This document shows positions 48,367 through 57,809 of a stretch of 64,000 nucleotides of DNA, piece after piece (position 1 is the first letter of the stretch; every line of letters begins with the position of its first letter). The notes under the pieces were generated by a model. It was not told where the DNA came from. It worked only from the letters and a program-made list of their open reading frames with translations, and made no database searches. The DNA is from a virus (lineage: Duplodnaviria > Caudoviricetes). The stretch covers positions 29,563 to 93,562 of the IMG/VR virus record IMGVR_UViG_2667527676_000002, one strand, 5' to 3'. A program made the position numbers and the translations under genes.

Positions 48367-48390
48367 GCCCGGCTCCGGCCGGGCTTTTTT
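48367..48390 (+). terminator. Intrinsic terminator
   Basis: GCCCGGC-TCCG-GCCGGGC-TTTTTT. Confidence 0.75.
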
Positions 48391-48488
48391 CAACCTCCAT
48401 TCGAGAGCACCCACCACGGCGCCCCACCGGGCACGACTGCCGTGTGCCTGGGTGCTGCCGAATGCAGGTGAACCACGGAGCACACGCA

Positions 48489-48992
48489 ATGATCGACCCA
48501 CGAGCGAACAGCCCGGAGAAACTGGTGCCGCCGGCACCGCTGCCGCACGTAAGCCGCGGCGCGCTCAAGCGCATCAAGCATCCTCAGCCAATCCCCACCG
48601 GCTGCCCGCACTGCGGCGGTCTGGTCCGTCTGGTCAGCAACCGGGTGATCTACGGCCGAGAGTACGGCGACTGGCCGTATGCCTACGCCTGCACTGTCAC
48701 GGGCTGCGGCGCTTACGTGGGCCTGCATCCCGACACCGACGTCCCATTGGGGACGCTGGCCGACAAGCCGCTGCGCGACGCTCGCAATCGCTGCAAGCGG
48801 CCATTCGAACGCATCTGGCGCGACAAGCTGATGACGCGCAGCCAGGCCTACGCCTGGCTCGCCGCCGAACTCCAGATCATGCCGCCCGAATGCCACTTCG
48901 GACTCTTCGACGTTGACCGGTGCGAGCGGGCCAAACGCATCTGCGACGAGTACCTGGAAGCGATCTACACCAGTTCGGCGAGGTGGGGGTGA
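48489..48992 (+). CDS. DUF3268 zinc-finger protein
   Basis: CPHCG, CGAYVGLH, PLGTLA, CHFGLFD. Confidence 0.8.
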   Translation: MIDPRANSPEKLVPPAPLPHVSRGALKRIKHPQPIPTGCPHCGGLVRLVSNRVIYGREYGDWPYAYACTVTGCGAYVGLHPDTDVPLGTLADKPLRDARNRCKRPFERIWRDKLMTRSQAYAWLAAELQIMPPECHFGLFDVDRCERAKRICDEYLEAIYTSSARWG

Positions 48993-49138
48993 TGTGGACA
49001 TACCGCGAGCGCCGCAACCGCGCGGCTTTCAGCAACGCGCAACTCGCTTACGACCGTGCCGTCGACCCGCTCTGGGACCAGCCGGACCCGGAGCCGGAGC
49101 CCGAAGAGCAGGAGGACGACGATGGCCTGGGCGAATGA
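48992..49138 (+). CDS. Small acidic hypothetical protein
   Basis: TGATG coupling, 48 aa. Confidence 0.55.
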   Translation: MWTYRERRNRAAFSNAQLAYDRAVDPLWDQPDPEPEPEEQEDDDGLGE

Positions 49139-49343
49139 GCGCGCCGAGGGCGTGATCGAGGAAGCGATCGTCGCTATGCGTCGGTCGGTGATCCCGCGCC
49201 ACGACCAGTTGGTATGGCGCGGCCAGATCGAGATGGCCTACACGCTGGACGCCATCGGCACCCGGCAATACGACGACATGCGCCGGCGGCTCGACGCCGC
49301 AGCGGATGCGAGACAGCAGGAACTGAGGAGCATCGACCTATGA
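49122..49343 (+). CDS. Hypothetical protein
   Basis: GGAGG RBS, coupled. Confidence 0.6.
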   Translation: MAWANERAEGVIEEAIVAMRRSVIPRHDQLVWRGQIEMAYTLDAIGTRQYDDMRRRLDAAADARQQELRSIDL

Positions 49344-49549
49344 CCACCCGCCCCGTTTGCTCGATCATCGACGACCAGCTCGACGATATCGAAGAGTTTG
49401 CCGGAAAGAGCATCCGCCAGGCCGTCGAGTTGGCCAACCGCCACGGCTACCACAACCCGCTCTTCGCCAACATCTGCGGCGACCTCTGCGTTCTGCGCTT
49501 CCGGCGCAACCCCCGCCTTCACGCAACAACCACCCTCACCCTGAAATGA
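49340..49549 (+). CDS. Hypothetical protein
   Basis: GAGGAG RBS, ATGA overlap. Confidence 0.55.
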   Translation: MTTRPVCSIIDDQLDDIEEFAGKSIRQAVELANRHGYHNPLFANICGDLCVLRFRRNPRLHATTTLTLK

Positions 49550-49559
49550 GACCAGCCAC

Positions 49560-50468
49560 ATGACTGCAGCTCTCGCATCGGTCGGCGCGCTCGACCGCAC
49601 CAAGTACCTCGGCGGCAGCGATGTCGCCGGCATCCTCGGCATCAGCCCCTGGCGCACTCCGTTGGACGTGTACCTGGATAAGGTCCAGCCGCGCACCGGT
49701 CCCGTCGACCCGGCGAAGCAGAAGATTTTCACCCGTGGCCAGCGGATGGAGCCCTACGTCATCGACCTGCTGGCCGAAGAGACCGGCCTGAAGATCGTCG
49801 GCCGCGGTAACCGCTACCGCGACCAGCAGCACGACTTCATGGCCGCCGAGATCGACGCCGAGGCCGCCAGCGGCGAAAACATCGAGATCAAGACGGTCAG
49901 CCCCTTCAAGGCAAAGGACTGGGGTGAGGTTCAGACCGATGCCATTCCAGTCCACTACACCGCCCAGGCCATGCACGGTCTGATGGTCACCGGCCGCCAG
50001 GTCTGCATCTTCGGCGTGCTGATCGGCGGCGACGACTTCCGCGTGTACCGCGTCGAGCGGGACGACGAAACCATCGCGGCGATTCGCGAGAAGGAGATCG
50101 AGTTCTGGGGACGCATCCAGCGCCTGGATCCGCCTGAAACAACCGCTGTCAGCGACATCCTCCGTCTGTTCGAACGTGACGCCGGAACCAGCATCGAGGC
50201 CGATGGCAAGGTCGTGGAGGTGTTCAACCGCCTGCGCGAACTGAAAGCCAAGGCCAAGGGCCTGGAGTACGAGATCGAGTCCGCAGAGGAGCGCATCAAG
50301 CTCTTCATGCAGGACCACGCCCAACTCACGGTCAACGGCAAGTCGGTACTGACGTGGAAGTCCCAGACCACCAACCGCTTCGACCAATCCGCCTTCAAGG
50401 AAGCCCACCCCGCGCTGTTCGAGCAGTTCAAGAAGACCAGCGAATCCCGCGTTTTCCGCCTCAAGTAA
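49560..50468 (+). CDS. YqaJ/lambda-exonuclease family recombinase
   Basis: LGGSD, RG..MEP, EID..IEIKT. Confidence 0.88.
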   Translation: MTAALASVGALDRTKYLGGSDVAGILGISPWRTPLDVYLDKVQPRTGPVDPAKQKIFTRGQRMEPYVIDLLAEETGLKIVGRGNRYRDQQHDFMAAEIDAEAASGENIEIKTVSPFKAKDWGEVQTDAIPVHYTAQAMHGLMVTGRQVCIFGVLIGGDDFRVYRVERDDETIAAIREKEIEFWGRIQRLDPPETTAVSDILRLFERDAGTSIEADGKVVEVFNRLRELKAKAKGLEYEIESAEERIKLFMQDHAQLTVNGKSVLTWKSQTTNRFDQSAFKEAHPALFEQFKKTSESRVFRLK

Positions 50469-50480
50469 CCGGAGCCCAGC

Positions 50481-51371
50481 ATGTCCGCAACCGCCCTGAA
50501 AGCCGCCGCGACCGGCAATGTCGCCAACAACGGTCAGCCGAAAACGCTGGCCCACCTGATGACTGACCCGAAGATCAAAGCCCAGATGGCCCTGGCGCTT
50601 CCGAAGCACATGACCGCCGACCGACTCGCGCGCATCGCGCTGACCGAGATCCGCAAAGTACCGGCCCTGGCGAAATGCAATCAGGAGAGTTTCCTCGGCG
50701 CCGTGATGCAATGCGCGCAGCTCGGCCTGGAACCGGGTAACGCTCTCGGCCATGCCTACCTGCTGCCGTTCGGCAACGGCAAGGCGAAAGATGGCCTGTC
50801 GAACGTCCAGTTGATCATCGGCTACCGCGGGATGATTGACCTTGCCCGGCGCTCCGGCCAGATCGTTTCGCTCACCGCGCGCACCGTGCACCAGAACGAC
50901 CAGTTCAGCTATCGCTACGGCCTCGACGAAGACGTCCAGCACGTTCCGGGAGAAGGTGAACGCGGCGTCATGACCCACGTCTACGCGGTCGCCAAGCTGA
51001 AGGACGGCGGCGTGCAATTCGAGGTCATGAGCAAGGCCGACGTCGACAAAGTACGCGCCACCAGCAAGGCATCCGGAAATGGGCCTTGGGTCACCCACTA
51101 CGAAGAGATGGCCAAGAAGACCGTCATCCGCCGGCTGTTCAAGTACCTGCCGGTCAGCATCGAGTTGCAGACCGCAGTCACCCTGGACGAACGCGCCGAC
51201 GCCGGATTGGACCAGGACAACGCGTCCATCCTCACCGGCGAATACAGCGTTGTTGACGACCAGTCTCAGGACCAGGTCCCGGACGGCGTAAACACCGAGA
51301 CGGGCGAAATCAACGAACCCGCCCCGGGCCAGCAGCCGGACACCGGCACCGACGAGCTCAATCTCGAGTAA
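50481..51371 (+). CDS. recT: RecT single-strand annealing protein
   Basis: QLGLEP, IIGYRGMIDLARRSG, EMAKKTVIRRLFKYLP. Confidence 0.93.
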   Translation: MSATALKAAATGNVANNGQPKTLAHLMTDPKIKAQMALALPKHMTADRLARIALTEIRKVPALAKCNQESFLGAVMQCAQLGLEPGNALGHAYLLPFGNGKAKDGLSNVQLIIGYRGMIDLARRSGQIVSLTARTVHQNDQFSYRYGLDEDVQHVPGEGERGVMTHVYAVAKLKDGGVQFEVMSKADVDKVRATSKASGNGPWVTHYEEMAKKTVIRRLFKYLPVSIELQTAVTLDERADAGLDQDNASILTGEYSVVDDQSQDQVPDGVNTETGEINEPAPGQQPDTGTDELNLE

Positions 51372-51377
51372 CCGGCC

Positions 51378-51578
51378 ATGCCCAGCCTCACTGTCCTTGA
51401 GCGGTACGGCCAGGTCGGGGAGTTCGCCGCGCTACTCGGCGCGGCCGAGCTCAACGCTGCTACGGACTGGGACGAGCAGTTCCTGGCCGACCTCCGCAGC
51501 AACTTCCAGCGCTACGGCGCCCACACCTACCTCAGCGACGCCCAACTCGAGCAGTTGGAGCGGATTGCCAACGAATAG
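51378..51578 (+). CDS. Hypothetical protein
   Basis: Operon position. Confidence 0.6.
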   Translation: MPSLTVLERYGQVGEFAALLGAAELNAATDWDEQFLADLRSNFQRYGAHTYLSDAQLEQLERIANE

Positions 51579-51589
51579 GACCCTTCTCG

Positions 51590-52351
51590 ATGAGCAACAA
51601 CCCGCACTTCATGAACATGACCGCCGACACCCTCGGCAAAAGCTTGCTGCAGGGTCTGATCCAGGAAATCCGGATCATGCCGGACTGCTGGCAGAAGCTT
51701 CCCGAGGCCAAGCAGCAGGACATCATCGACCGCCTGGAGCGCCAGGTACGGAACGCCGCCACCATCGCGGTCCACACCATTGCCGGCAGCGACCGCGACA
51801 CGGTCTACGGCAAGCTCGAATCCTTCACCGCCAAGGACAAGGTGAAAGCGGTCTTCACCGTGAGCCCCAGCAGCCCGAACCAGGAGCAACTCTTTGGTGC
51901 TGTGCACCAGGACTGTCTGCTGATCATCGGCGGCGCCGCTGAGTTCCTCGACGGCATGAAGGATGTGAAGGCCGATCCGGACCAGAACCCGCTGGACCTG
52001 AATGGCGGCGACCACGAAATGGAGGTCGACGGCGCCTGGGGCGGCGAGCAGCAGCCCGACGATGATGTCGTGGATGCCGAGTTCCAAGAGCTGCCGCAAC
52101 TCACCGTCGAGCGCTTCGCCGGCCACACCCTGGGCGAGATCGCCATCGGCGTCGCCACCAAGAAGGACGTGTTCGACGCGGCCTGGCTGCAATCGCGCTT
52201 CGCTCTCACCACCGAGGAAGCCGAGCGCGTCGTTCTCCAACTGCTGGACCAGGGCGTCATCGTGCTCGAGCAGGAGAACGAGGAATCCCGCGAGTTGAAC
52301 ACTTACCGCGTCGTCAAGAAGCCGGGGGATATCGCCCTCGACCTGGAGTGA
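51590..52351 (+). CDS. Hypothetical protein with a C-terminal winged-helix (FtsK-gamma-like) segment
   Basis: LQSRFAL..AERVVLQLLDQGVI. Confidence 0.65.
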   Translation: MSNNPHFMNMTADTLGKSLLQGLIQEIRIMPDCWQKLPEAKQQDIIDRLERQVRNAATIAVHTIAGSDRDTVYGKLESFTAKDKVKAVFTVSPSSPNQEQLFGAVHQDCLLIIGGAAEFLDGMKDVKADPDQNPLDLNGGDHEMEVDGAWGGEQQPDDDVVDAEFQELPQLTVERFAGHTLGEIAIGVATKKDVFDAAWLQSRFALTTEEAERVVLQLLDQGVIVLEQENEESRELNTYRVVKKPGDIALDLE

Positions 52352-52354
52352 GCC

Positions 52355-52942
52355 ATGCGTATCTGCTCGATCGAGGGCTGCTCGGGCAAGCACTACGGTA
52401 ACGGTTTCTGCCAGAAGCACTATCACCGGAATCGGAAAAGCGGCTCTGCTGATATTGATCGGCGCACAGTGCGCCGATCACTCAGCGAGCGGTTCTGGGA
52501 GAAGGTCCAGAAAACGGATAGTTGCTGGTTGTGGACCGGCTACCGGAACGGCACCGGCTACGGCGAAATCAGCCGTGGCGGCCGGGAAGGGGCAATGCTT
52601 GCTCACCGCGCATCCTACGAAATCAACTGCGGGCCTATCGACAATGGCCTGCACGTCCTTCACCGCTGCGACAACCCCCGGTGCGTTCGACCGGACCACC
52701 TGTTTCTTGGGACCCATCTGGAAAACATGCAGGACATGGTTCGAAAGGGGCGAGGGAAGCAGCTTGGCGGCGGCCGACGTGGCGAGTCCAACGGCAATTG
52801 CCGGATCAGCGATGACCAGGTTCGAGAGATCAAGAGGCGCTTGGCTGCTGGCGAGCCGCAGGCCCAGCTTGCGCGAGCCTTTAACGTCTCGAAAACCCTT
52901 ATCTACCTCATCAAAATCGGTAAAACGCGGGAGATCACGTAA
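52355..52942 (+). CDS. HNH homing endonuclease
   Basis: CWLWTG, AHRASY, VLHRCDNPRCVRPDHLFLGT..N. Confidence 0.9.
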   Translation: MRICSIEGCSGKHYGNGFCQKHYHRNRKSGSADIDRRTVRRSLSERFWEKVQKTDSCWLWTGYRNGTGYGEISRGGREGAMLAHRASYEINCGPIDNGLHVLHRCDNPRCVRPDHLFLGTHLENMQDMVRKGRGKQLGGGRRGESNGNCRISDDQVREIKRRLAAGEPQAQLARAFNVSKTLIYLIKIGKTREIT

Positions 52943-54687
52943 TGAAAATCCGCAAAATCGAGATACTCAACTTTCAGGGTGCCCGCAACATCAGCCTTGA
53001 AGTCTCCGCACCTGTTCTGCTGATCGCAGGTCACAATGGATCAGGTAAAAGCTCGACGCTCGACGCTATCAGCCACGCCTTCACCGGTAAGCCCGGCCGC
53101 GTTGCGCAGAAGCAGCATATCGGCCAACTGATCACCGAGGGCGCCAAGAAAGGGGAGGCCCGCGTCGAGTGGCTGGATGCGGCCTACGAGGTGCAGGTCT
53201 GCGGCGTGGCACTGCCCACCGGCAAGGGCTCTCCCCTTACCGACTCGCCCTTCCTGCCCTACGTGCTCGACGCCAGCCTGTTTGCCGGCCTGAAGGCGGA
53301 TGATCGCCGCAAGCTGCTGCTCAGTCTGACCGGCGCCAGCGCCAGCCCGGCCGAGGTCGGCAAGCGCCTGAAGGCCAAGGGCATCGACCTGGCGCTGTTC
53401 GAGAAGGTGAAGCCCCTGCTCCGTTCCGGGTTCTCCGCCATGGTCGGCCAGGCAAAGGACTACGCCAGCGAAGCGCGCGGCGCCTGGAAAGCGGTCACCG
53501 GCGAGAACTACGGCAGCGAGAAGGCGAACGGGTGGGAGCCGGAGGCGCCGCCAGTCATCGTCAGCGAGGAGGAACTGGAATCGGCGCGCGCGGAACTGCG
53601 AGCCACCGCCCAGGACCTGGACGAGGCCCAGCAGACCCTGGGCTCCAGCAAGCGCGCCCACGCCGAAGCCCAGGCGCGGGCCAGCCGCATCACCGCTCTG
53701 CGCGAAACCGCAGCGCTGGCCGACCGCCGGCGCAACAAGCTGGCCACCGACGAGGCCAATCAGGACGAATGGTCTGAGAAGGTGATGGCAGCCGAGGCCG
53801 CCGCCAGCGGCGAGCCCGCCCACCAGCCGCTGACCTGCCCTCATTGCCAGGGCGCCGTGGACCTGCAGGCTGGCCAGTTGGTACCGCATCAGCCGCCGGC
53901 GAAGGTTGCCGATCCCGAGGCGGCGAAACGCCTGGAGGAATACCGCGGCTATCTTGCCAGCGCTCAGCGGGCCGTCGCCAACAGCCAGCGGGACCTGAAG
54001 GAGAGCGAGGACGCCGCCGCGCAGGCCGCCGCGCTGGAAGCCGAAACCGCCCAGGCGCCCAGCGCCGAGGCGATCGCCAACGGCGAACAGGCGATCAATG
54101 AACTGCGCCAGGCGCGTGACCGACAGCAGGCCAAGGTGCAGTCGCTGCAGGAAGCGTTCAACGCCGCCGCGCAGCGCCAGGACGTCATCAAGCAGGCCGC
54201 CGGGTTCCACGCCGAGGTCTGCGCCTGGAGCGCCCTGGCCGATGCCCTTTCCCCCACGGGCATCCCGGCGGAAATCCTGGCCGACGCGATCGGACCGGTG
54301 AACGAGCTGCTGCAGCGCCTATCCGGCACCGCCGGCTGGTCGCCCGTGCAGATCAGCGCCGATATCGACGTTACGTTCGGCGGCCGGCTGTACGGCCTGC
54401 TGTCCGAGTCCGAACGCTGGCGGTGCGACGCGACCATCGCCCTGGCCATCGCGACGATCTCCGGCCTGCGCCTGGCGTTGCTGGATCGCTTCGACGTGCT
54501 GGATATCCCTGCGCGCACTCAGCAGGCGATGAAGCTGTTCCAGAGCCTGGCCGCCGGCGGCGAGATCGACACGCTGATCGTTGCCGGCACGCTCAAAGAA
54601 CCGATGGCGAAGACGCCGGCCTGGCTACAAGCGGTCTGGATCGACGCCGGGCAACTCGCCGACCAGCAGCAACAGGCTGCGGCCTGA
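52942..54687 (+). CDS. SMC/Rad50-like ATPase
   Basis: GHNGSGKS, coiled coil, CPHC hook, LSESE, LLDRFD. Confidence 0.85.
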   Translation: MKIRKIEILNFQGARNISLEVSAPVLLIAGHNGSGKSSTLDAISHAFTGKPGRVAQKQHIGQLITEGAKKGEARVEWLDAAYEVQVCGVALPTGKGSPLTDSPFLPYVLDASLFAGLKADDRRKLLLSLTGASASPAEVGKRLKAKGIDLALFEKVKPLLRSGFSAMVGQAKDYASEARGAWKAVTGENYGSEKANGWEPEAPPVIVSEEELESARAELRATAQDLDEAQQTLGSSKRAHAEAQARASRITALRETAALADRRRNKLATDEANQDEWSEKVMAAEAAASGEPAHQPLTCPHCQGAVDLQAGQLVPHQPPAKVADPEAAKRLEEYRGYLASAQRAVANSQRDLKESEDAAAQAAALEAETAQAPSAEAIANGEQAINELRQARDRQQAKVQSLQEAFNAAAQRQDVIKQAAGFHAEVCAWSALADALSPTGIPAEILADAIGPVNELLQRLSGTAGWSPVQISADIDVTFGGRLYGLLSESERWRCDATIALAIATISGLRLALLDRFDVLDIPARTQQAMKLFQSLAAGGEIDTLIVAGTLKEPMAKTPAWLQAVWIDAGQLADQQQQAAA

Positions 54688-54850
54688 CCCTCGATACAGC
54701 GCCCCACCTGGGGCGCTTTCTCTTCCAGCACGCACCGGACGCCGCCCTGTGGGCGATTCAACCATGCCTCGTGGGCCGCCCTGTCAGGCAGGGCGGCGTC
54801 CAGTGCCTGTTCACGGAGTACTGACGTACTTCTAGCGGGTCGCGTACAGC

Positions 54851-55177
54851 CTAACGACTCTGGGTGTTGAGAACCTCATAGTTACGATCTGCATGCGCCT
54901 TGGTTACCCAAGTGTTCTTTGTCGACCTGGCTTGAGCCTTGGATCCGCTCAAAGTTTGGACCACTCGTCCCACGGCCTTCGATGCAACAAGTGCAGCGCT
55001 TTCAACCTTTGTCGGAGAACCCCGATAGCCTGCGGCAGACCGAAAATGATTGAGGATGATGTCTTGCTGATAAGCAGGTGTTTGCTCTCCACCGATTGTT
55101 GATGCACCCACCGTCTCATACCGGTAATAGACCTTGGTGTCATCGAACACGATCTCGACGATTCTGAAGTCAGGCAT
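54851..55177 (-). CDS. Antisense moron, unknown
   Basis: GGAGGAG RBS, AT-richer. Confidence 0.6.
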   Translation of the reverse strand: MPDFRIVEIVFDDTKVYYRYETVGASTIGGEQTPAYQQDIILNHFRSAAGYRGSPTKVESAALVASKAVGRVVQTLSGSKAQARSTKNTWVTKAHADRNYEVLNTQSR

Positions 55178-55293
55178 CTCTCCTCCCTGATCCGGCCCCA
55201 TGCCGGGCCATCCAACTCTAGCCCCAACGACATCACTGCGCCATCACGCATAGCGCAGTGCGTCCTCACGTTCGCGAAAAGGAACCCCGCCGT

Positions 55294-56091
55294 ATGAGCA
55301 GTCAGGTCGACATCATCAAGCCCGAATCGCGCATCGTGGTCCAGTTCAGTTGCGGCGCGGCCTCTGCGGTCGCCGGCAAGCTGGCCCTGGCGCAGTACGG
55401 CGATACCCACGACGTCCAGTTCCTCAATGCCTATCTGGCCAACGAGCATCAGGACAACCGGCGCTTCCTTGCCGACTGCGAGGCATGGACTGGCCGGAAA
55501 TTCACGGTGCTGCGCGACGAGAAGTACGGAGCCGACGCGCTCAACGTCTTCCGCCGCGAGCGCTATATGAAGGGCCGTACCGGCGCGCCCTGCACCAAGC
55601 TGCTGAAGCGACGCCTGCTGGACGCCTGGAAACGTCCCGGCGACGTGATGGTGCTCGGCTTCACGGCAGAGGAAGGCCACCGACTGGACGACTTCCGCGA
55701 GCGGAACCCCGACCGCCCGGTGATCGCGCCGCTGATTGAGCGCGGCCTGGGCAAGGAGGACTGCAAAGCCATCATCGCTCGCGCCGGTATCGAACTGCCG
55801 GCCATGTACCGCCTGGGCTACGAGAACGCGAACTGCATCGGTTGCGTGAAAGGCGGAGAAGGCTACTTCCGGGCGATCCGGGAGGACTTCCCTGAGCAGT
55901 TCGAAGCCCTGTGCATGGTGCAGGACGAGCTCGGCCCGGGTTCGTACCTCTTCCGCAACCGCCAGACCCAGGAACGCTACTCGCTCCGCGACCTTCCCTC
56001 CGGGCCGATCCGCCGCAACGAAGCCATTCCGGCGTGCAGCTTCTTCTGCGAGCTCGCCGAGGCCGACATCATCCATAAGGAGCCGGCATGA
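55294..56091 (+). CDS. PAPS-reductase-like (PP-loop) protein with Cys clusters
   Basis: FSCGAAS, CTKLLK, NANCIGCVKGG, CSFFC. Confidence 0.75.
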   Translation: MSSQVDIIKPESRIVVQFSCGAASAVAGKLALAQYGDTHDVQFLNAYLANEHQDNRRFLADCEAWTGRKFTVLRDEKYGADALNVFRRERYMKGRTGAPCTKLLKRRLLDAWKRPGDVMVLGFTAEEGHRLDDFRERNPDRPVIAPLIERGLGKEDCKAIIARAGIELPAMYRLGYENANCIGCVKGGEGYFRAIREDFPEQFEALCMVQDELGPGSYLFRNRQTQERYSLRDLPSGPIRRNEAIPACSFFCELAEADIIHKEPA

Positions 56092-57809
56092 ACTGGCATA
56101 TCACCTACGGCTCGGTTTGCAGCGGCATCGAGGCCGCGAGCGTGGCCTGGCACATGCTGGGGTTTCGCGCCAGTTGGTTCGCAGAGATCGAACCCTTCCC
56201 GTCCGCCGTGCTGGCCCATCGCTGGCCGGCGGTACCCAACCTGGGCGACATGACCAAGCTCGCCCGCGAGGTGCTGCTTGGGATCATCGCCGCGCCGCTG
56301 ATCCTGGTTGGCGGCACGCCGTGCCAGGACTTCTCCGTAGCCGGCATGCGCGCCGGCCTGGCCGGCGAGCGCGGCGCCCTGACAATGAAATTCGTGGAGC
56401 TCGCAGATGCAATTGACCATGTTCGACCAGACGGAGACGAGTGCGTCGTCGTCTGGGAAAACGTCCTTGGGGTCCTCTCCGACAAGGGCAACGCGTTCGG
56501 CAACTTCCTCGCAGCCCTGGTGGGCGAATCCGAAGCGCTGGAGCCGTCAGGGCCCCGATGGACGAACGCTGGTTGTGTGTATGGACCCCGCCGAGCAGCC
56601 GCATGGCGGGTTTTGGATGCCCAATATTTCGGACTGGCCCAACGACGCAAGCGTGTGTTCGTTGTCGCAAGTGCTCGAGCAGACTTCGATCCCGCAGCGG
56701 TACTTCTTGAGCGCGAGGGCCTGCGCCGGGATCATCCGCCGCGCCGAGGCGAGGGGCAAGACCTTGCCGGACACGCTCCTTTCGGCCCTGCGCTCCAGTG
56801 CGGCTGCGGACACCTCTTCGGACTGAACCTAGGCCAGTGGGGGTGCCCGAACTGCGAGGGAGACGAGGGGCCGGCCGTGGAAGTTCTGGCCGGCGTCCCT
56901 GCCTTCGGCGGCGAGAACCAGAGCCGGTCTCTATTCCAGGCCGGCGCGCTGACCGCCCATGGCGTTCGGAATGACTTCGCATCCGAGACATTCTGCGTGG
57001 CGCCGACCTTGGCCGGAGGCGGGCGGAAATCCGGCGGCTACAGCCTGGACGATATCCCGACCGTCGCCGGCACGCTCCAATCGAACGGAAAGGCAGCCGG
57101 CAGCGCGACACAACAGGACGCCGAGTCCGGCCTGCTGGTCGTACATGGCACGCAAGATCCTGACGTCGTTCAAGATTGCGCCCACACGCTGGGCAGGAAC
57201 CACGGCCAGGAGAACGCCGTACTGGCCTTCGCAGAGAACAGCCGTGCGGAGGTGCGCCTCGAGAATGGCGACGGCCAGATAGTCGGTGCACTTTCCACTG
57301 GTGGCGGCAAGGCTGGCCAAGGCACTCCATGCATCGCCTTCAGTTGCAAGGACTACGGTGCCGATGCCGGCGACGTTTCGCCAACGCTACGCGCCATGGG
57401 CCACGGTGAGAGCCACGCCAATGCCGGCGGCCAGGTGGCGGTCTGCATCACCGGCGACATCACCCACACCCTGAAAGCAGAAGGCTTCGACGCCAGCGAG
57501 GATGGAACTGGGCGCGGCCAACCGATAGTTGCCGCCACCTTGGAAGCCACTGCCGGGCGAAGCAGGGGTGCCGGCACGCCCGTCGGCATGCTCGCAAACA
57601 GTGGCAGCGCGGTGCGCAGGCTGACCCCGCGCGAATGCGAGCGCCTGCAGGGATTCCCCGACGACTACACGCTGATCCCTTGGCGTGGGAAGCCCGCTAC
57701 CGAATGTCCTGACGGCCCGCGCTACAAGGCGATCGGAAACTCGAAGGCTGTCCCTGTCGTGCGCTGGATCGGACGGCGCATTCAACAGCAACTGGAGAGA
57801 ACCGCATGA
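56088..57809 (+). CDS. DNA cytosine-C5 methyltransferase
   Basis: SVCSGIE, GGTPCQDFS, WENV, QRRKRVF, RRLTPRECERLQGFPD, GNS. Confidence 0.92.
   Translation: MNWHITYGSVCSGIEAASVAWHMLGFRASWFAEIEPFPSAVLAHRWPAVPNLGDMTKLAREVLLGIIAAPLILVGGTPCQDFSVAGMRAGLAGERGALTMKFVELADAIDHVRPDGDECVVVWENVLGVLSDKGNAFGNFLAALVGESEALEPSGPRWTNAGCVYGPRRAAAWRVLDAQYFGLAQRRKRVFVVASARADFDPAAVLLEREGLRRDHPPRRGEGQDLAGHAPFGPALQCGCGHLFGLNLGQWGCPNCEGDEGPAVEVLAGVPAFGGENQSRSLFQAGALTAHGVRNDFASETFCVAPTLAGGGRKSGGYSLDDIPTVAGTLQSNGKAAGSATQQDAESGLLVVHGTQDPDVVQDCAHTLGRNHGQENAVLAFAENSRAEVRLENGDGQIVGALSTGGGKAGQGTPCIAFSCKDYGADAGDVSPTLRAMGHGESHANAGGQVAVCITGDITHTLKAEGFDASEDGTGRGQPIVAATLEATAGRSRGAGTPVGMLANSGSAVRRLTPRECERLQGFPDDYTLIPWRGKPATECPDGPRYKAIGNSKAVPVVRWIGRRIQQQLERTA
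56407..56826 (+). CDS. Overprinted alternative-frame ORF, M.EcoHK31I beta-like
   Basis: GGAG 7 nt before the ATG; FWMPNISDWPNDASVCSLSQVLE..RYFLS..RRAEARGKTLP. Confidence 0.65.
   Translation: MQLTMFDQTETSASSSGKTSLGSSPTRATRSATSSQPWWANPKRWSRQGPDGRTLVVCMDPAEQPHGGFWMPNISDWPNDASVCSLSQVLEQTSIPQRYFLSARACAGIIRRAEARGKTLPDTLLSALRSSAAADTSSD

Noticed and set aside
49536-51098. 520-aa antisense ORF over YqaJ/RecT
   Set aside because: Antisense shadow
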